Of a DNA stretch of 64,000 nucleotides, positions 9,222-18,532 are shown piece by piece. The notes beneath the pieces are model-generated. The model had not been told where the DNA came from and ran no database searches. It saw nothing but the letters and a program-made list of their open reading frames with translations. The position numbers and the translations under genes are program-made. The stretch lies in the IMG/VR virus record IMGVR_UViG_3300028394_000037. The stretch is one strand, 5' to 3'. Position 1 is the first letter of the stretch. Every line of letters starts with the position of its first letter. The DNA is from a virus.

Positions 9222-10162
9222 TTAAACTCACATTCACACATAATTTCAGTTAGTGCTGCAAGAAGATTAATTTCCTGATCTGCTACAAATGCAATTTGAT
9301 ACTGATACTTAGCAATAATAAGTACAGCAGCAGGAATAGTGGTGGGCACCAAAGAGTCGTAAAGTGAATCATAGACTCTACGAAGAATAACACTAGAATC
9401 GTTATCCAAATTGGAAACAACCCATTTACGAACTTCTGCAAAGTTTTTCTCCTTAAGATATTTAATCAGATCATTTACTGAAACGTCTGAAAAAGATGCA
9501 AGAATTGCTGCGTCAATTTTACCCCCCACCGAATACCTTTGACATTCGTTAAGAATTCTTCTCCAGTCGGGAAAGTGCTTATTGATGAGTTCTGCAAGGA
9601 CTTTTGCATCAAATTCTACTTGCTCGTGAACGAGAATTGTTTGAAGTCGCTTGAAGAATTCTCCTGCAAGTTGAGGCTTTTCTTTTCCTTTGATTCCAAA
9701 CTCCACAACGGCACAACGGGAATGAAGGGGTTCAATGATTTTGTTTTTGTAGTTACAGGTGAAGATGAATCTACAGTTGCTACTAAATTCCTCAATAGAC
9801 GCCCGTAAGAGGAGTTGAACATCGCTGGTTGTGTTATCTGCCTCATCAATGATGATGACTTTGTGTTTAGCAGTTGAAGAAAGTGAGACGGTAGAAGCGA
9901 AGTTCTTCGCATTGTTTCTGACAGTATCAAGGAATCTACCTTCGTCGGATCCATTAATGACATAAAAATCTACTCCCAATTCATTACATAATGCCTTTGC
10001 TACCGTAGTCTTTCCACAACCGGCAGGACCAGCAAGAAGAAGATTTGGCATCTCTCCGTTATTTACAAAGTTCTGAAATGTCTTCTTGGTTGTGGCAGGT
10101 AAAATACAATCTTCAATAATCTTCGGGCGATACTTTTCAACCCATAGAAATTCATCACGCAT
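9218..10162 (-). CDS. gp44: Clamp loader large subunit gp44
   Basis: WVEKYRP, GPAGCGKT, IIDEAD, SRC motif. Confidence 0.96.
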   Translation of the reverse strand: MRDEFLWVEKYRPKIIEDCILPATTKKTFQNFVNNGEMPNLLLAGPAGCGKTTVAKALCNELGVDFYVINGSDEGRFLDTVRNNAKNFASTVSLSSTAKHKVIIIDEADNTTSDVQLLLRASIEEFSSNCRFIFTCNYKNKIIEPLHSRCAVVEFGIKGKEKPQLAGEFFKRLQTILVHEQVEFDAKVLAELINKHFPDWRRILNECQRYSVGGKIDAAILASFSDVSVNDLIKYLKEKNFAEVRKWVVSNLDNDSSVILRRVYDSLYDSLVPTTIPAAVLIIAKYQYQIAFVADQEINLLAALTEIMCECEFK

Positions 10163-10164
10163 AA

Positions 10165-10692
10165 TCAAATCCAATCAGGTTTCCGTTCTGGACGGCGAAG
10201 ATAATTATCGCACACCCAGGGTTTAGATGCAATATACATCTTATAAGCAGTGAAGGTATCAATACTATCATCAAGTTTATATTCATCAGGCATTGCCCGA
10301 GTGAATTCTTTTACATTAGTATGCTCGGAAATAGAAATCTTAGCATTGTTATGAAAGATTACCATTGCTTCTTCTAGTGTACTCAAACAAGAGTGTCGTT
10401 TTTGATACCGATGTTCGTACTCAAAGCATAAATGTATTCCGTGTGTAATCAACCAGGCAAGATTGTAGTGATTATCTGCAGCCCATTTAGTGCAGGGATG
10501 ATTACGAAAGGCACCCTTTACTGTACTATAAGGAGTGCCGTCTGTTTTATTAATTGTACCCCAATCATAGTACCACTTAGAGTATATGATGGAGACCATC
10601 TGACAGGTCTCCAGGGGCATTTTCACGACGTGTTTATCAGGAAGTACTTGAGCAGACTTACTGGGGGACACGTCAGTTACAAAGATATTCAT
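10165..10692 (-). CDS. Pyrimidine-dimer DNA glycosylase-like (DenV-related) protein
   Basis: MNIFV...DKHVVKMPLETCQM...NHPCTKWA...EYEHRY..RH..AMPDEYK pattern of the phage family commonly annotated as endonuclease V-like. Confidence 0.6.
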   Translation of the reverse strand: MNIFVTDVSPSKSAQVLPDKHVVKMPLETCQMVSIIYSKWYYDWGTINKTDGTPYSTVKGAFRNHPCTKWAADNHYNLAWLITHGIHLCFEYEHRYQKRHSCLSTLEEAMVIFHNNAKISISEHTNVKEFTRAMPDEYKLDDSIDTFTAYKMYIASKPWVCDNYLRRPERKPDWI

Positions 10693-11378
10693 CAGTTAAA
10701 GGTGGAATCAGGCTCTAGAGCAATATAATACTTCAAATCTCGGTCAGTGCTCGTAAATCGTGACAAAAGTTTTTGTGACACAACCACCTCGTAACTGCCA
10801 GGAAGAATCTTGATATTCTCTACCTTAAAGTTAAAGGTAAACGTGTCATCAGTCTCACCAACCACAATAGAAAAATCATTTGACGTATCATTCTTCTTGT
10901 CACGAACCAGTAGTTTTACCACACCTGCCTCACCAACGGCAGAAAGATCTGGAAGTTGATAAATTGCTGCTGCCTTAAGTAACTTATCCATTTGCTGAGT
11001 ACTCAACTCAAAACAAACATCTTCACTGGGAAGAGAGATTTCTTTATCAGGAGGAGTTACAATTACACTGGGATCCGCAAAGAAATACTTAGACCGCATC
11101 TTACCTTCACGAATCATCACATAACCATTATTCTCAAAATCCAATTCAGCTTGCTGATGTAGATTAAGTCCGTTTAGAAATTGATTCAAATCATAAATGC
11201 CAAAATCTTTAGGAAACTCTTCTGTAATAGTTGCCTCGGCAAGAATATTCTTCATCACAGAAATTGTGCGAAGAGAACTACCTTCTTTGAATAAAATTGA
11301 TTGATTGATTCCAGAGAAGTTCTTTAATAATGCCAGAGTTTTATCAGAAAGTTTCATAGTTTGATTTCGCAGTTTCAT
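10692..11378 (-). CDS. gp45: Sliding clamp gp45
   Basis: MKLSDKTLALLKNFSGINQS, FGIYDLNQFL, YYIALE; start 11378 or 11357. Confidence 0.95.
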   Translation of the reverse strand: MKLRNQTMKLSDKTLALLKNFSGINQSILFKEGSSLRTISVMKNILAEATITEEFPKDFGIYDLNQFLNGLNLHQQAELDFENNGYVMIREGKMRSKYFFADPSVIVTPPDKEISLPSEDVCFELSTQQMDKLLKAAAIYQLPDLSAVGEAGVVKLLVRDKKNDTSNDFSIVVGETDDTFTFNFKVENIKILPGSYEVVVSQKLLSRFTSTDRDLKYYIALEPDSTFN

Positions 11379-11934
11379 TATTAAATCCGGCAAAGTGATA
11401 CAGAAGAACACCGTAATGGATAATCTTCAGTGCGTCAAGACGGGACATTCCATCTTTCTTACCGAAACGAGATGAATACTTGATGAGATTATCACGACAG
11501 AAAGGAACACCATCACCAATTGCATCAATCATATCCAGAACCTGAACCTTAGACTTTTCAGATGCATAATGTGAATGATATGTACTGACAATATAATCAT
11601 TCACTGCCTTTAAAGTTTCACCTTCACCAAACTTCCAAAATTGCTCTTGACTTGATTTTTGTGAAGTAGTCAGATTAATATTCTGTGGAGTTTTATTTAA
11701 ATTAAATGACTGAGAACTAAAAGTTGTACTATGATTATTTCCAAATGTTACTGCGGCAGCAGGTCCTCCCAGATTGAAAACATCTGGAGAAGCATATGGA
11801 TTTCCAGTCAAACTGAATCCATCATCCTCCCAATAGTTATTCGTATTAAACGAAATATGGTCATCACCCATTCCACCAGGTAAATTAGATCCAATGTAAG
11901 TGACATTATTTTTCTTTTCAGGAATTTTAGACAT
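11344..11934 (-). CDS. Hypothetical protein with C-terminal DUF3310-like domain
   Basis: HY...FCRDNLIKYSSRFGKKDG...DALKIIHY pattern; long low-complexity N-terminus. Confidence 0.65.
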   Translation of the reverse strand: MSKIPEKKNNVTYIGSNLPGGMGDDHISFNTNNYWEDDGFSLTGNPYASPDVFNLGGPAAAVTFGNNHSTTFSSQSFNLNKTPQNINLTTSQKSSQEQFWKFGEGETLKAVNDYIVSTYHSHYASEKSKVQVLDMIDAIGDGVPFCRDNLIKYSSRFGKKDGMSRLDALKIIHYGVLLYHFAGFNNETAKSNYETF

Positions 11935-11958
11935 AACTTTTTATATACAACACCTTAG

Positions 11959-11987
11959 ATAATAGCATCTGAGAATTTCAAAGTCAA
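11959..11987 (-). promoter_or_regulatory. Sigma70-type promoter for the clamp/clamp-loader operon
   Basis: TTGACT-17 nt-TATTAT with TG extension. Confidence 0.6.
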
Positions 11988-13696
11988 GTACCAATACGAC
12001 TAAATCCCTTAATTTTTTCAAATTTAATTACGCTCTCAAATTTATCAAACAATTCAGATTTATGTGATATTACAAATATATTAGCATCTTTAATTACAAA
12101 ACGAATAATTTTTAAAAATTCTTCTGTTCCAAAACCATCAAGAGAACTATCAAAAACTTCATCCAATATTAGTAAATTTGTATTTACAGAATTTTTAAAT
12201 CTTGCAACTTCACGCCAAGTAAAAAGAAGAGCTAAATCAATTCTCATTTTTTCACCTTCACTAAATGAAGCATAAGAAAAATCTTCGTGAATCGGTGATT
12301 GAACAGTTTCATTAAATTCTTCATCAAGAGTAAAGTTAATATAAAAGTCCATCATCTGAAGATAACGATTAACTTGTTGATTAATCAGAGGCAAATATTT
12401 CTTAATAATTTTAGATTTAACTCCACCATCCTTCAGAAGATTGTATGAAAAATCGTAATACCCAATCTCATCTTTTTTCTTTGAAAGATTTTCAAAAGTT
12501 TCTTGAAGTGATTTTTTATATTCATCTAATTTTTCATGTTCAATATTTTGATTTTCTATTTTTTCAGTAATAGTTTTAATTTCAAATTTCAAATCTTCAA
12601 TTTGTTTATCATATCCAGAAATAGAAAGATTGTTTTGAGAAATCTTATGATTTAGGGAAGTGATATCCTTTGATAATTTAATAAACTCATTTTCTCTATT
12701 CTCTTCATCTTCAATTGCTTTCTCAAGTTCTTGATACCCTTTCTGAAGTTCTTTAGCATTTGATTGGGCATCATTTATTTTATCTAAACGAAATTCTTCT
12801 TGAATTTCCTGCTTGCAAGTAGGACAAACCGTATTTTCAGTAAAAAATTTATGTTGTTCTGTAATTGAAGATACTTTTTGTTGAACCTTTCCTTTCAATC
12901 CAACAAGTTTTCTAAGTTTATCTGATGAACCAGAAAAATTTTCAAGTTCTTTATTTAAACTATCAACTTTAATTAATATATTTTTTATATCAATTTTTAA
13001 ATTTTCCTCTAACTTAGAAAGTTCTTTTATTTTATTTTCTTTTTCTTTTATATTTTCTTTTCCTCTTTGTTCTAATTCATCAATAAATCCATTTTGCATT
13101 TCAACTTTATCTTTGAGAGATTGCCTTTTAAGTTCTAATGTTTTAATCTCATCTTTAATCTCACGAATCTTATCTTTGATAACAACATTCATAGAAGAAA
13201 AGATTTTAATATCTAACAAATCTTCAATGACTTCTCTGCGATGAGCAGTAGAAAGTTGCATAAAAGGAACAAAAGTACTACTACCAAGAATTACAATCTG
13301 AGTAAAAGATTTATAATTCATTTTAATTACAGTTTGTTCAAACCATTTTTGTTGATCAATTGTAGCAGATACTTGATCTAAAAGTTTTCCATTATTATAA
13401 ATTTGAAATGTATTTGGTTTAATTCCACGTACAACTTTCCAATCAATATTGGAAATTGAAAATTCAACTTGAACAACACAGTCTTTTTCATTGACTGTAT
13501 TAACAAGTTGTGATTTATTAATTTTACGAAATGGTTTTCCAAATAAAGCAAAAGTAAGAGCATCCAAAACAGTGCTTTTACCTGCTCCATTATTACCAAT
13601 AATTAAGTTGGTTGTATTTTTAGTAAAATCTATTTCTGTCCATTGATTGCCTGTGGATAGAAAATTTTTCCAAGAAATTTTACGGAATAAAATCAT
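11984..13696 (-). CDS. gp46: Recombination endonuclease subunit gp46 (Rad50/SbcC)
   Basis: GNNGAGKS, CPTC zinc hook, FSEGEK signature, LDEVFD. Confidence 0.96.
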   Translation of the reverse strand: MILFRKISWKNFLSTGNQWTEIDFTKNTTNLIIGNNGAGKSTVLDALTFALFGKPFRKINKSQLVNTVNEKDCVVQVEFSISNIDWKVVRGIKPNTFQIYNNGKLLDQVSATIDQQKWFEQTVIKMNYKSFTQIVILGSSTFVPFMQLSTAHRREVIEDLLDIKIFSSMNVVIKDKIREIKDEIKTLELKRQSLKDKVEMQNGFIDELEQRGKENIKEKENKIKELSKLEENLKIDIKNILIKVDSLNKELENFSGSSDKLRKLVGLKGKVQQKVSSITEQHKFFTENTVCPTCKQEIQEEFRLDKINDAQSNAKELQKGYQELEKAIEDEENRENEFIKLSKDITSLNHKISQNNLSISGYDKQIEDLKFEIKTITEKIENQNIEHEKLDEYKKSLQETFENLSKKKDEIGYYDFSYNLLKDGGVKSKIIKKYLPLINQQVNRYLQMMDFYINFTLDEEFNETVQSPIHEDFSYASFSEGEKMRIDLALLFTWREVARFKNSVNTNLLILDEVFDSSLDGFGTEEFLKIIRFVIKDANIFVISHKSELFDKFESVIKFEKIKGFSRIGT

Positions 13697-13952
13697 AATC
13701 TTTAGGTGGTATTACAATATCATCGGGTGTAATAATCGTATAACGATAATCATGAGTCTCACAAGTTTTTATCATTACTTCATCTTCTATTTCAATTACA
13801 TGCATTTCAGGATATCCATCCTCTTCCATTAAAAGAGCATATCTAACTGCATCATCTTCTTCTTGAAAGAGATATAAAATTTTATCTCCTTCATCATCAA
13901 GTACAGAATATGCCCCTTCAGTTTCCCTTCCATTAATTGTAAGTATAAACAT
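13680..13952 (-). CDS. Hypothetical protein, DUF3110-like
   Basis: EGAYS...LFQEEDDAVRYALLME...IVIPP resembles a cyanobacterial DUF3110-type pattern. Confidence 0.65.
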   Translation of the reverse strand: MFILTINGRETEGAYSVLDDEGDKILYLFQEEDDAVRYALLMEEDGYPEMHVIEIEDEVMIKTCETHDYRYTIITPDDIVIPPKDYDFIP

Positions 13953-14986
13953 TACATCATCTCACAAGCTTCTTGATATATTGATTGAATCATAGTTTTA
14001 ACCAAAGATTTGTCAAGTTCTATTTCTGCTTCTTCAACATATCTATTCAAAATTGAAAGTGTATCTTCAGATTCTGTTATTTCAAATTCTACATTTTCTT
14101 CAACCTGAAAATTTTCAACTATTTTAAGTTCTGATATATTTGAACTATAAAGTTTATCAATAAATTTTTCAAATCTTTCAGTATTTGTTTTTTTACGAAC
14201 AATTACTTTAACAATTTTTCCTTCATATTCTGCTGTATCAAATGTCTTATAATCTAAATCCTCATAATAAATTACATAATACATTCTATATGGATTATTG
14301 ACTGGAATATGTTCTAAGGTTTCAGTATCAAAAATATGAAATCCACGAGTATCATTTAAATCATTCCAAAACATTTCATATGGATTTCCCAAATAATATA
14401 CTGTTCCATTATCTGAACGGGTATGATAATGCCCAGAGAATACTTTTTTGAATCCACTAAAAACTATAGAGTCCATACCATCATCCATAATATGTCCCCT
14501 ATATGCTTCAAATCCATTCAACTCCAAATGACCCATCGCAATTTTACAACTATTATTTTTAATCAGACGTAAAGTTTTTTCTTCATTATCAGCGCATATC
14601 CAAGGAATAAAAAGAATATTTAGATTTCCAATCTTAACAACTTCCGGATCACTATAAGTCTTAATATTTGAATAATTTTGAAGTAAAAGATTTGGTGAAT
14701 TCACATTATTAGTATTTTTATAATATGCATCGTGATTACCAATAATCATATGAACATCACAAGACGAGAGAGGATCTAATACAACCCGTTTTGTCCATTC
14801 TAGACTTTGATAATCTATTGATTTGCGACTATCAAAAGCATCCCCAAGATGCAATACGGTAGTAATCCCTTCTTTTTCTAATGTTGGGAAAAAAATATCA
14901 TTATAAAACATTTCAAAATAATCATGAAAAAGTTTAGAACCTTTTCTTGCTCCCCAATGACTGTCTGTTAAAATAGCCACTTTCAT
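13952..14986 (-). CDS. gp47: Recombination endonuclease subunit gp47 (Mre11/SbcD)
   Basis: TDSHWG, LGDAFD, IGNHD, SGHYH phosphoesterase motifs. Confidence 0.96.
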   Translation of the reverse strand: MKVAILTDSHWGARKGSKLFHDYFEMFYNDIFFPTLEKEGITTVLHLGDAFDSRKSIDYQSLEWTKRVVLDPLSSCDVHMIIGNHDAYYKNTNNVNSPNLLLQNYSNIKTYSDPEVVKIGNLNILFIPWICADNEEKTLRLIKNNSCKIAMGHLELNGFEAYRGHIMDDGMDSIVFSGFKKVFSGHYHTRSDNGTVYYLGNPYEMFWNDLNDTRGFHIFDTETLEHIPVNNPYRMYYVIYYEDLDYKTFDTAEYEGKIVKVIVRKKTNTERFEKFIDKLYSSNISELKIVENFQVEENVEFEITESEDTLSILNRYVEEAEIELDKSLVKTMIQSIYQEACEMM

Positions 14987-15028
14987 AATTTTACGTTTCC
15001 TTTATGGATTTTTAGAAAATGTATTTGA

Positions 15029-15523
15029 TCAATATCTAAATTTAGAATAAACAGCATCTTTAATACTATTATAATCTGAATAATTTTCGCCATCAATAAG
15101 ATTATTATCTACAAATACATTATCAAATCCAGTCTTTTCAAGAATCTTATTCTTAATTTCCAATTGTTTTTTTTCTTTTTGAATTCTTCTTAAAAAAGCA
15201 TAGTAAACAATTTGAGTAAAATAAGCAAATGGATTTGTACGTTCTACATCAAATCTGTCAATATATTGTACACAATTTTCTATACCATCACAAATCATAT
15301 CATCCTTAAACATATAATTTACAAAATTTGGTTTAAAGGATAAATGTGTAGCAATCTTTAAAAAACATTCACCAAGATAGTTTGTAATTCTTGGTTTTGG
15401 ATTGTTGCCAGATTCTGCATTTTCAACTTCTTTTTTGTACTTAATAAGTGCATCCAAAAAATCTTTATTATTAACATAATGCTCTGACCTCTTTCTTTTG
15501 GTCATAACTGTTGTTGTAATCAT
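15029..15523 (-). CDS. gp55: Late transcription sigma factor gp55
   Basis: HYVNNKDF, KIATHLS.KPNF.NY, NPFAYFTQI.YYAFLRRIQKEKKQ. Confidence 0.95.
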   Translation of the reverse strand: MITTTVMTKRKRSEHYVNNKDFLDALIKYKKEVENAESGNNPKPRITNYLGECFLKIATHLSFKPNFVNYMFKDDMICDGIENCVQYIDRFDVERTNPFAYFTQIVYYAFLRRIQKEKKQLEIKNKILEKTGFDNVFVDNNLIDGENYSDYNSIKDAVYSKFRY

Positions 15524-15550
15524 TAACTTAATTTACTTTAGTATCTAGAC

Positions 15551-15601
15551 ATTATAATATTTTTAGTCGTAGTTGACAAGTGTATTGAAAATTGATACAA
15601 T
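15551..15601. promoter_or_regulatory. Back-to-back sigma70 promoters sharing one -35 region
   Basis: Minus: TTGTCA(15579-15574)-17-TATAAT(15556-15551) toward gp55; plus: TTGACA(15573-15578)-17-TACAAT(15596-15601) with TG extension. Confidence 0.7.
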
Positions 15602-15629
15602 AACCTTTGTGAGGGTTGAAAGAAATGTA

Positions 15630-16022
15630 TTAGTTATTTTTATAGAGCTTCTCTAAGCTCTTCTTGGCATCATCAATATTGGAAATATATCCCATTTTTC
15701 TATTTAATTTGGATTCATTTGATTTTAACTTATCACACTGTCTCACATAAGACTGATACATCATTATCATTTCAATATCAGAAGATTCTGTCATTGTGAT
15801 AATATCATTCAAATTAATAATAAACATATCTTCTGTGGTAGTTTTTAACCAAGGCTCTACTTTATAACCAAATTGACCTATCTTATTTTTATATTCAGAT
15901 ACAGTAATTGGATGAGTAACTATCAATAAAGTTCTGTCTTCTTCTTCAGAAGCTGCCACTCTACAGAAAATTTCCTCTCCTGATTTTAATTTTAAAGTTG
16001 CATAAAAATCTTCTTCTATCAT
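15630..16022 (-). CDS. Conserved hypothetical protein downstream of uvsW
   Basis: FYATLKLKSGEEIF...KVEPWLK; usual position between uvsW and gp55. Confidence 0.75.
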   Translation of the reverse strand: MIEEDFYATLKLKSGEEIFCRVAASEEEDRTLLIVTHPITVSEYKNKIGQFGYKVEPWLKTTTEDMFIINLNDIITMTESSDIEMIMMYQSYVRQCDKLKSNESKLNRKMGYISNIDDAKKSLEKLYKNN

Positions 16023-17491
16023 TTTTTTAATTGAATAGTGGTTATTTCGTAATTAAATTTTTCTTCATTATAAATTTTAATTCGTTCTATCAAATGATTG
16101 AGTGTATAATTTTTTCTTGAATTATGAGTACAATCATCTGCAATATCATAAAGAACTGCTTTTGTTTTATTTTTACCTTTTCTCAGTACTCTTCCAATTG
16201 ATTGAAGATTTCTGACTCTTGATTTACTTGGAGAAGCAAAAATAACATTATGTAAATTTTTGATATTGATTCCAGTGGAGAAAGTACCGTAAGAAGCAAC
16301 AATAATAGCGTTAATTTCCTTTTCAGTAATTTCTCTAACTAATTCTCTTTCTTCAGTATCCACTCCACCGTGAATAAAAAAGACTTTACGATCATTTCGC
16401 TTATTACTATTTATCATTTCGTATAATATCTTACCATGCGCTTCTACTCTTGAAAAAAGAACAAGTGTATTTCCTTTCAAATCTAAAGTAAGATTTGTAA
16501 TAAATTTATTTCTTTTTTCGTGAGAAATTAAAAATTGTATTTCATCTTCATAAGTTTCAAATTTTTGTGGAGAATGTTTAAGAACAATGCATTGAATATC
16601 TAACTGTGAAAGATGACCTTGTTCCATCAATTCAGCAGTTTTAGTTACTTTGTATGAAGGTCCAAATAATCCTTCAAGAACCCATTTATGAGTTTGAGTT
16701 CCATCTAATGTTCCAGTGAATCCAAATCTATATTTTGCATGATGAAGATTATTCATAATATTAATTAAAGATTTGCTCTTGAATAAATGAGCTTCATCAC
16801 CTATAATTACATTATAGTCTTCAAAAAATGAACGCTCTAATTTATAAATGGATTGCCAAGTTGTAATTGTAACTGGTGATTCGTTTGTTTTTTCTCTACC
16901 TGAATAAATTTTATGACAATATGATTCAGCATTCCAACCATAATCCTGAAAATCTTTATACATTTGCTCTACAAGACTGGTTGTTGGAACGACTAAAAGA
17001 ATTTTTTGATTCTTATCAACATAATAACGCACTAAAGAATAAATCATCAGACTTTTTCCTGATGCAGTAGGACTTATCAATAACTTCCTATTGTTCTTTA
17101 ATGCGCCGTATACGCCTTCTATTTGATATTGGCGAGGTTCATGTACACAAATAGACTTCATGTAGTCTTTTACACCTTCAAGAGAAATTAACTCATTGAT
17201 TTCAAAAGGTAATCCATAAAATTTATTATTTTCAAATTTATAAGTATATCCATATTGCTTACAAAAATCTATAACTTTATCTAAAAGACCAACATAGATT
17301 TGCTTAGTTCTTGTATCAAATAAATGTATTTCTCCATTCCAATTTCTACCTCTATACTGAGGCATAAATTTTGCATTAGGAACTTCAAATTTGAAATGAT
17401 CTCTAAGTTCATATTCAATATGAGGTTCTGTTTGTATTTTTAAATAAACTTCGTTTGACTTGCTAATAACCAGATTTGTAGTATCAACCAT
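16019..17491 (-). CDS. uvsW: UvsW DNA helicase (SF2)
   Basis: SPTASGKS, GDEAH, GFTGT, QSIGRVLR. Confidence 0.96.
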   Translation of the reverse strand: MVDTTNLVISKSNEVYLKIQTEPHIEYELRDHFKFEVPNAKFMPQYRGRNWNGEIHLFDTRTKQIYVGLLDKVIDFCKQYGYTYKFENNKFYGLPFEINELISLEGVKDYMKSICVHEPRQYQIEGVYGALKNNRKLLISPTASGKSLMIYSLVRYYVDKNQKILLVVPTTSLVEQMYKDFQDYGWNAESYCHKIYSGREKTNESPVTITTWQSIYKLERSFFEDYNVIIGDEAHLFKSKSLINIMNNLHHAKYRFGFTGTLDGTQTHKWVLEGLFGPSYKVTKTAELMEQGHLSQLDIQCIVLKHSPQKFETYEDEIQFLISHEKRNKFITNLTLDLKGNTLVLFSRVEAHGKILYEMINSNKRNDRKVFFIHGGVDTEERELVREITEKEINAIIVASYGTFSTGINIKNLHNVIFASPSKSRVRNLQSIGRVLRKGKNKTKAVLYDIADDCTHNSRKNYTLNHLIERIKIYNEEKFNYEITTIQLKK

Positions 17492-17921
17492 ATCCTGCCT
17501 GGAATCTTATAAATTCAATTGCATTTTTAATTTGATAAGTACGATTTTGTATTACTTTAAGAATGCTCTCTAAGTAATTTAGCATAGTTTCATAGTAGTC
17601 AATTTTTAAAGAAATTTGTGATAATTTTTCATCAGCATCAAGATATTTTTGTAAAGTATCTTTATCTCTTATTTTTTTAGGAAAAGGATTGTCTATGTAA
17701 ATTTCTGGATCGGATTTGCCAGAATAATATTCGTATCTTTCGTGACGAATATTTCTTTTTTGTTGCTCTGCTCTTTTTCTTAATAGAATTATATTATTAT
17801 AAAGATCAAAATATTTTGCATGTAATGATGGGATTTTTAAAGATTCTGTATGAAGATTATCTGGATCAATTTTAGAATCTTCTTCCCACATTTTTTGAAT
17901 CATTTCAATATCAAAACTCAT
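17484..17921 (-). CDS. uvsY: UvsY recombination mediator
   Basis: DSKID..NL..ESLKIPSLHAKY...RTYQIKNAIEF.RFQAG. Confidence 0.92.
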   Translation of the reverse strand: MSFDIEMIQKMWEEDSKIDPDNLHTESLKIPSLHAKYFDLYNNIILLRKRAEQQKRNIRHERYEYYSGKSDPEIYIDNPFPKKIRDKDTLQKYLDADEKLSQISLKIDYYETMLNYLESILKVIQNRTYQIKNAIEFIRFQAGYG

Positions 17922-18466
17922 AAAGGATTTCCACTTAAATCTGTTATATTGTAAATAGTATACTTGAAACTTATATCTGCCGTAAAGTATTGTATATCAG
18001 TATCTGTAGCATCAAAAATAATTGTTGATAGTGAATATGGAAATAAGTCTTTAAATATAACTTTAAAACGTGGTACTAAATTGCTACTTAAAATTTGCAA
18101 AGTACCATCAGAATAAATGTCCATTCCACGTTGAGTGTATCTTGCATTTATAAAACCATTATTTTGTAAATTATAAATTTCTTCTAAACTTTCTGGATAT
18201 CCAAGACCACGAATCCAATTTTGCAATTCCATATAATTTTCAAGATTTTCATCAACTAAAAATCTCAAATTCAAATCACCAAAAATTATTTTATCTCCTG
18301 GTTGGTCAATATCTTTTAAGTATGATGGTTGAACGGCAATACCCAAATTAATATCTGGTATATTTGCTTGATTGCAAAAAAATGCTACTTTGGGACTTCT
18401 ATTTAAAGAAAACTTAAACCCTGTAGGCGATAAAAAATTGCGATTATCTATTTGATTTGATGACAT
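17918..18466 (-). CDS. gp3: Tail completion / sheath stabiliser gp3
   Basis: NRNFLSPTGFKF, FLVDENLENY, FKDLFP; position after gp23. Confidence 0.88.
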   Translation of the reverse strand: MSSNQIDNRNFLSPTGFKFSLNRSPKVAFFCNQANIPDINLGIAVQPSYLKDIDQPGDKIIFGDLNLRFLVDENLENYMELQNWIRGLGYPESLEEIYNLQNNGFINARYTQRGMDIYSDGTLQILSSNLVPRFKVIFKDLFPYSLSTIIFDATDTDIQYFTADISFKYTIYNITDLSGNPL

Positions 18467-18485
18467 TTTTTTTAAATATTTAGAC

Positions 18486-18515
18486 AAAAAAAGGGACCCC
18501 TTTTGAGGGTCCCTT
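18486..18515 (-). terminator. Intrinsic terminator after gp23
   Basis: AAGGGACCC-loop-GGGTCCC-T7 on minus strand. Confidence 0.85.
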
Positions 18516-18532
18516 GAAAACTGCATGTAAAA

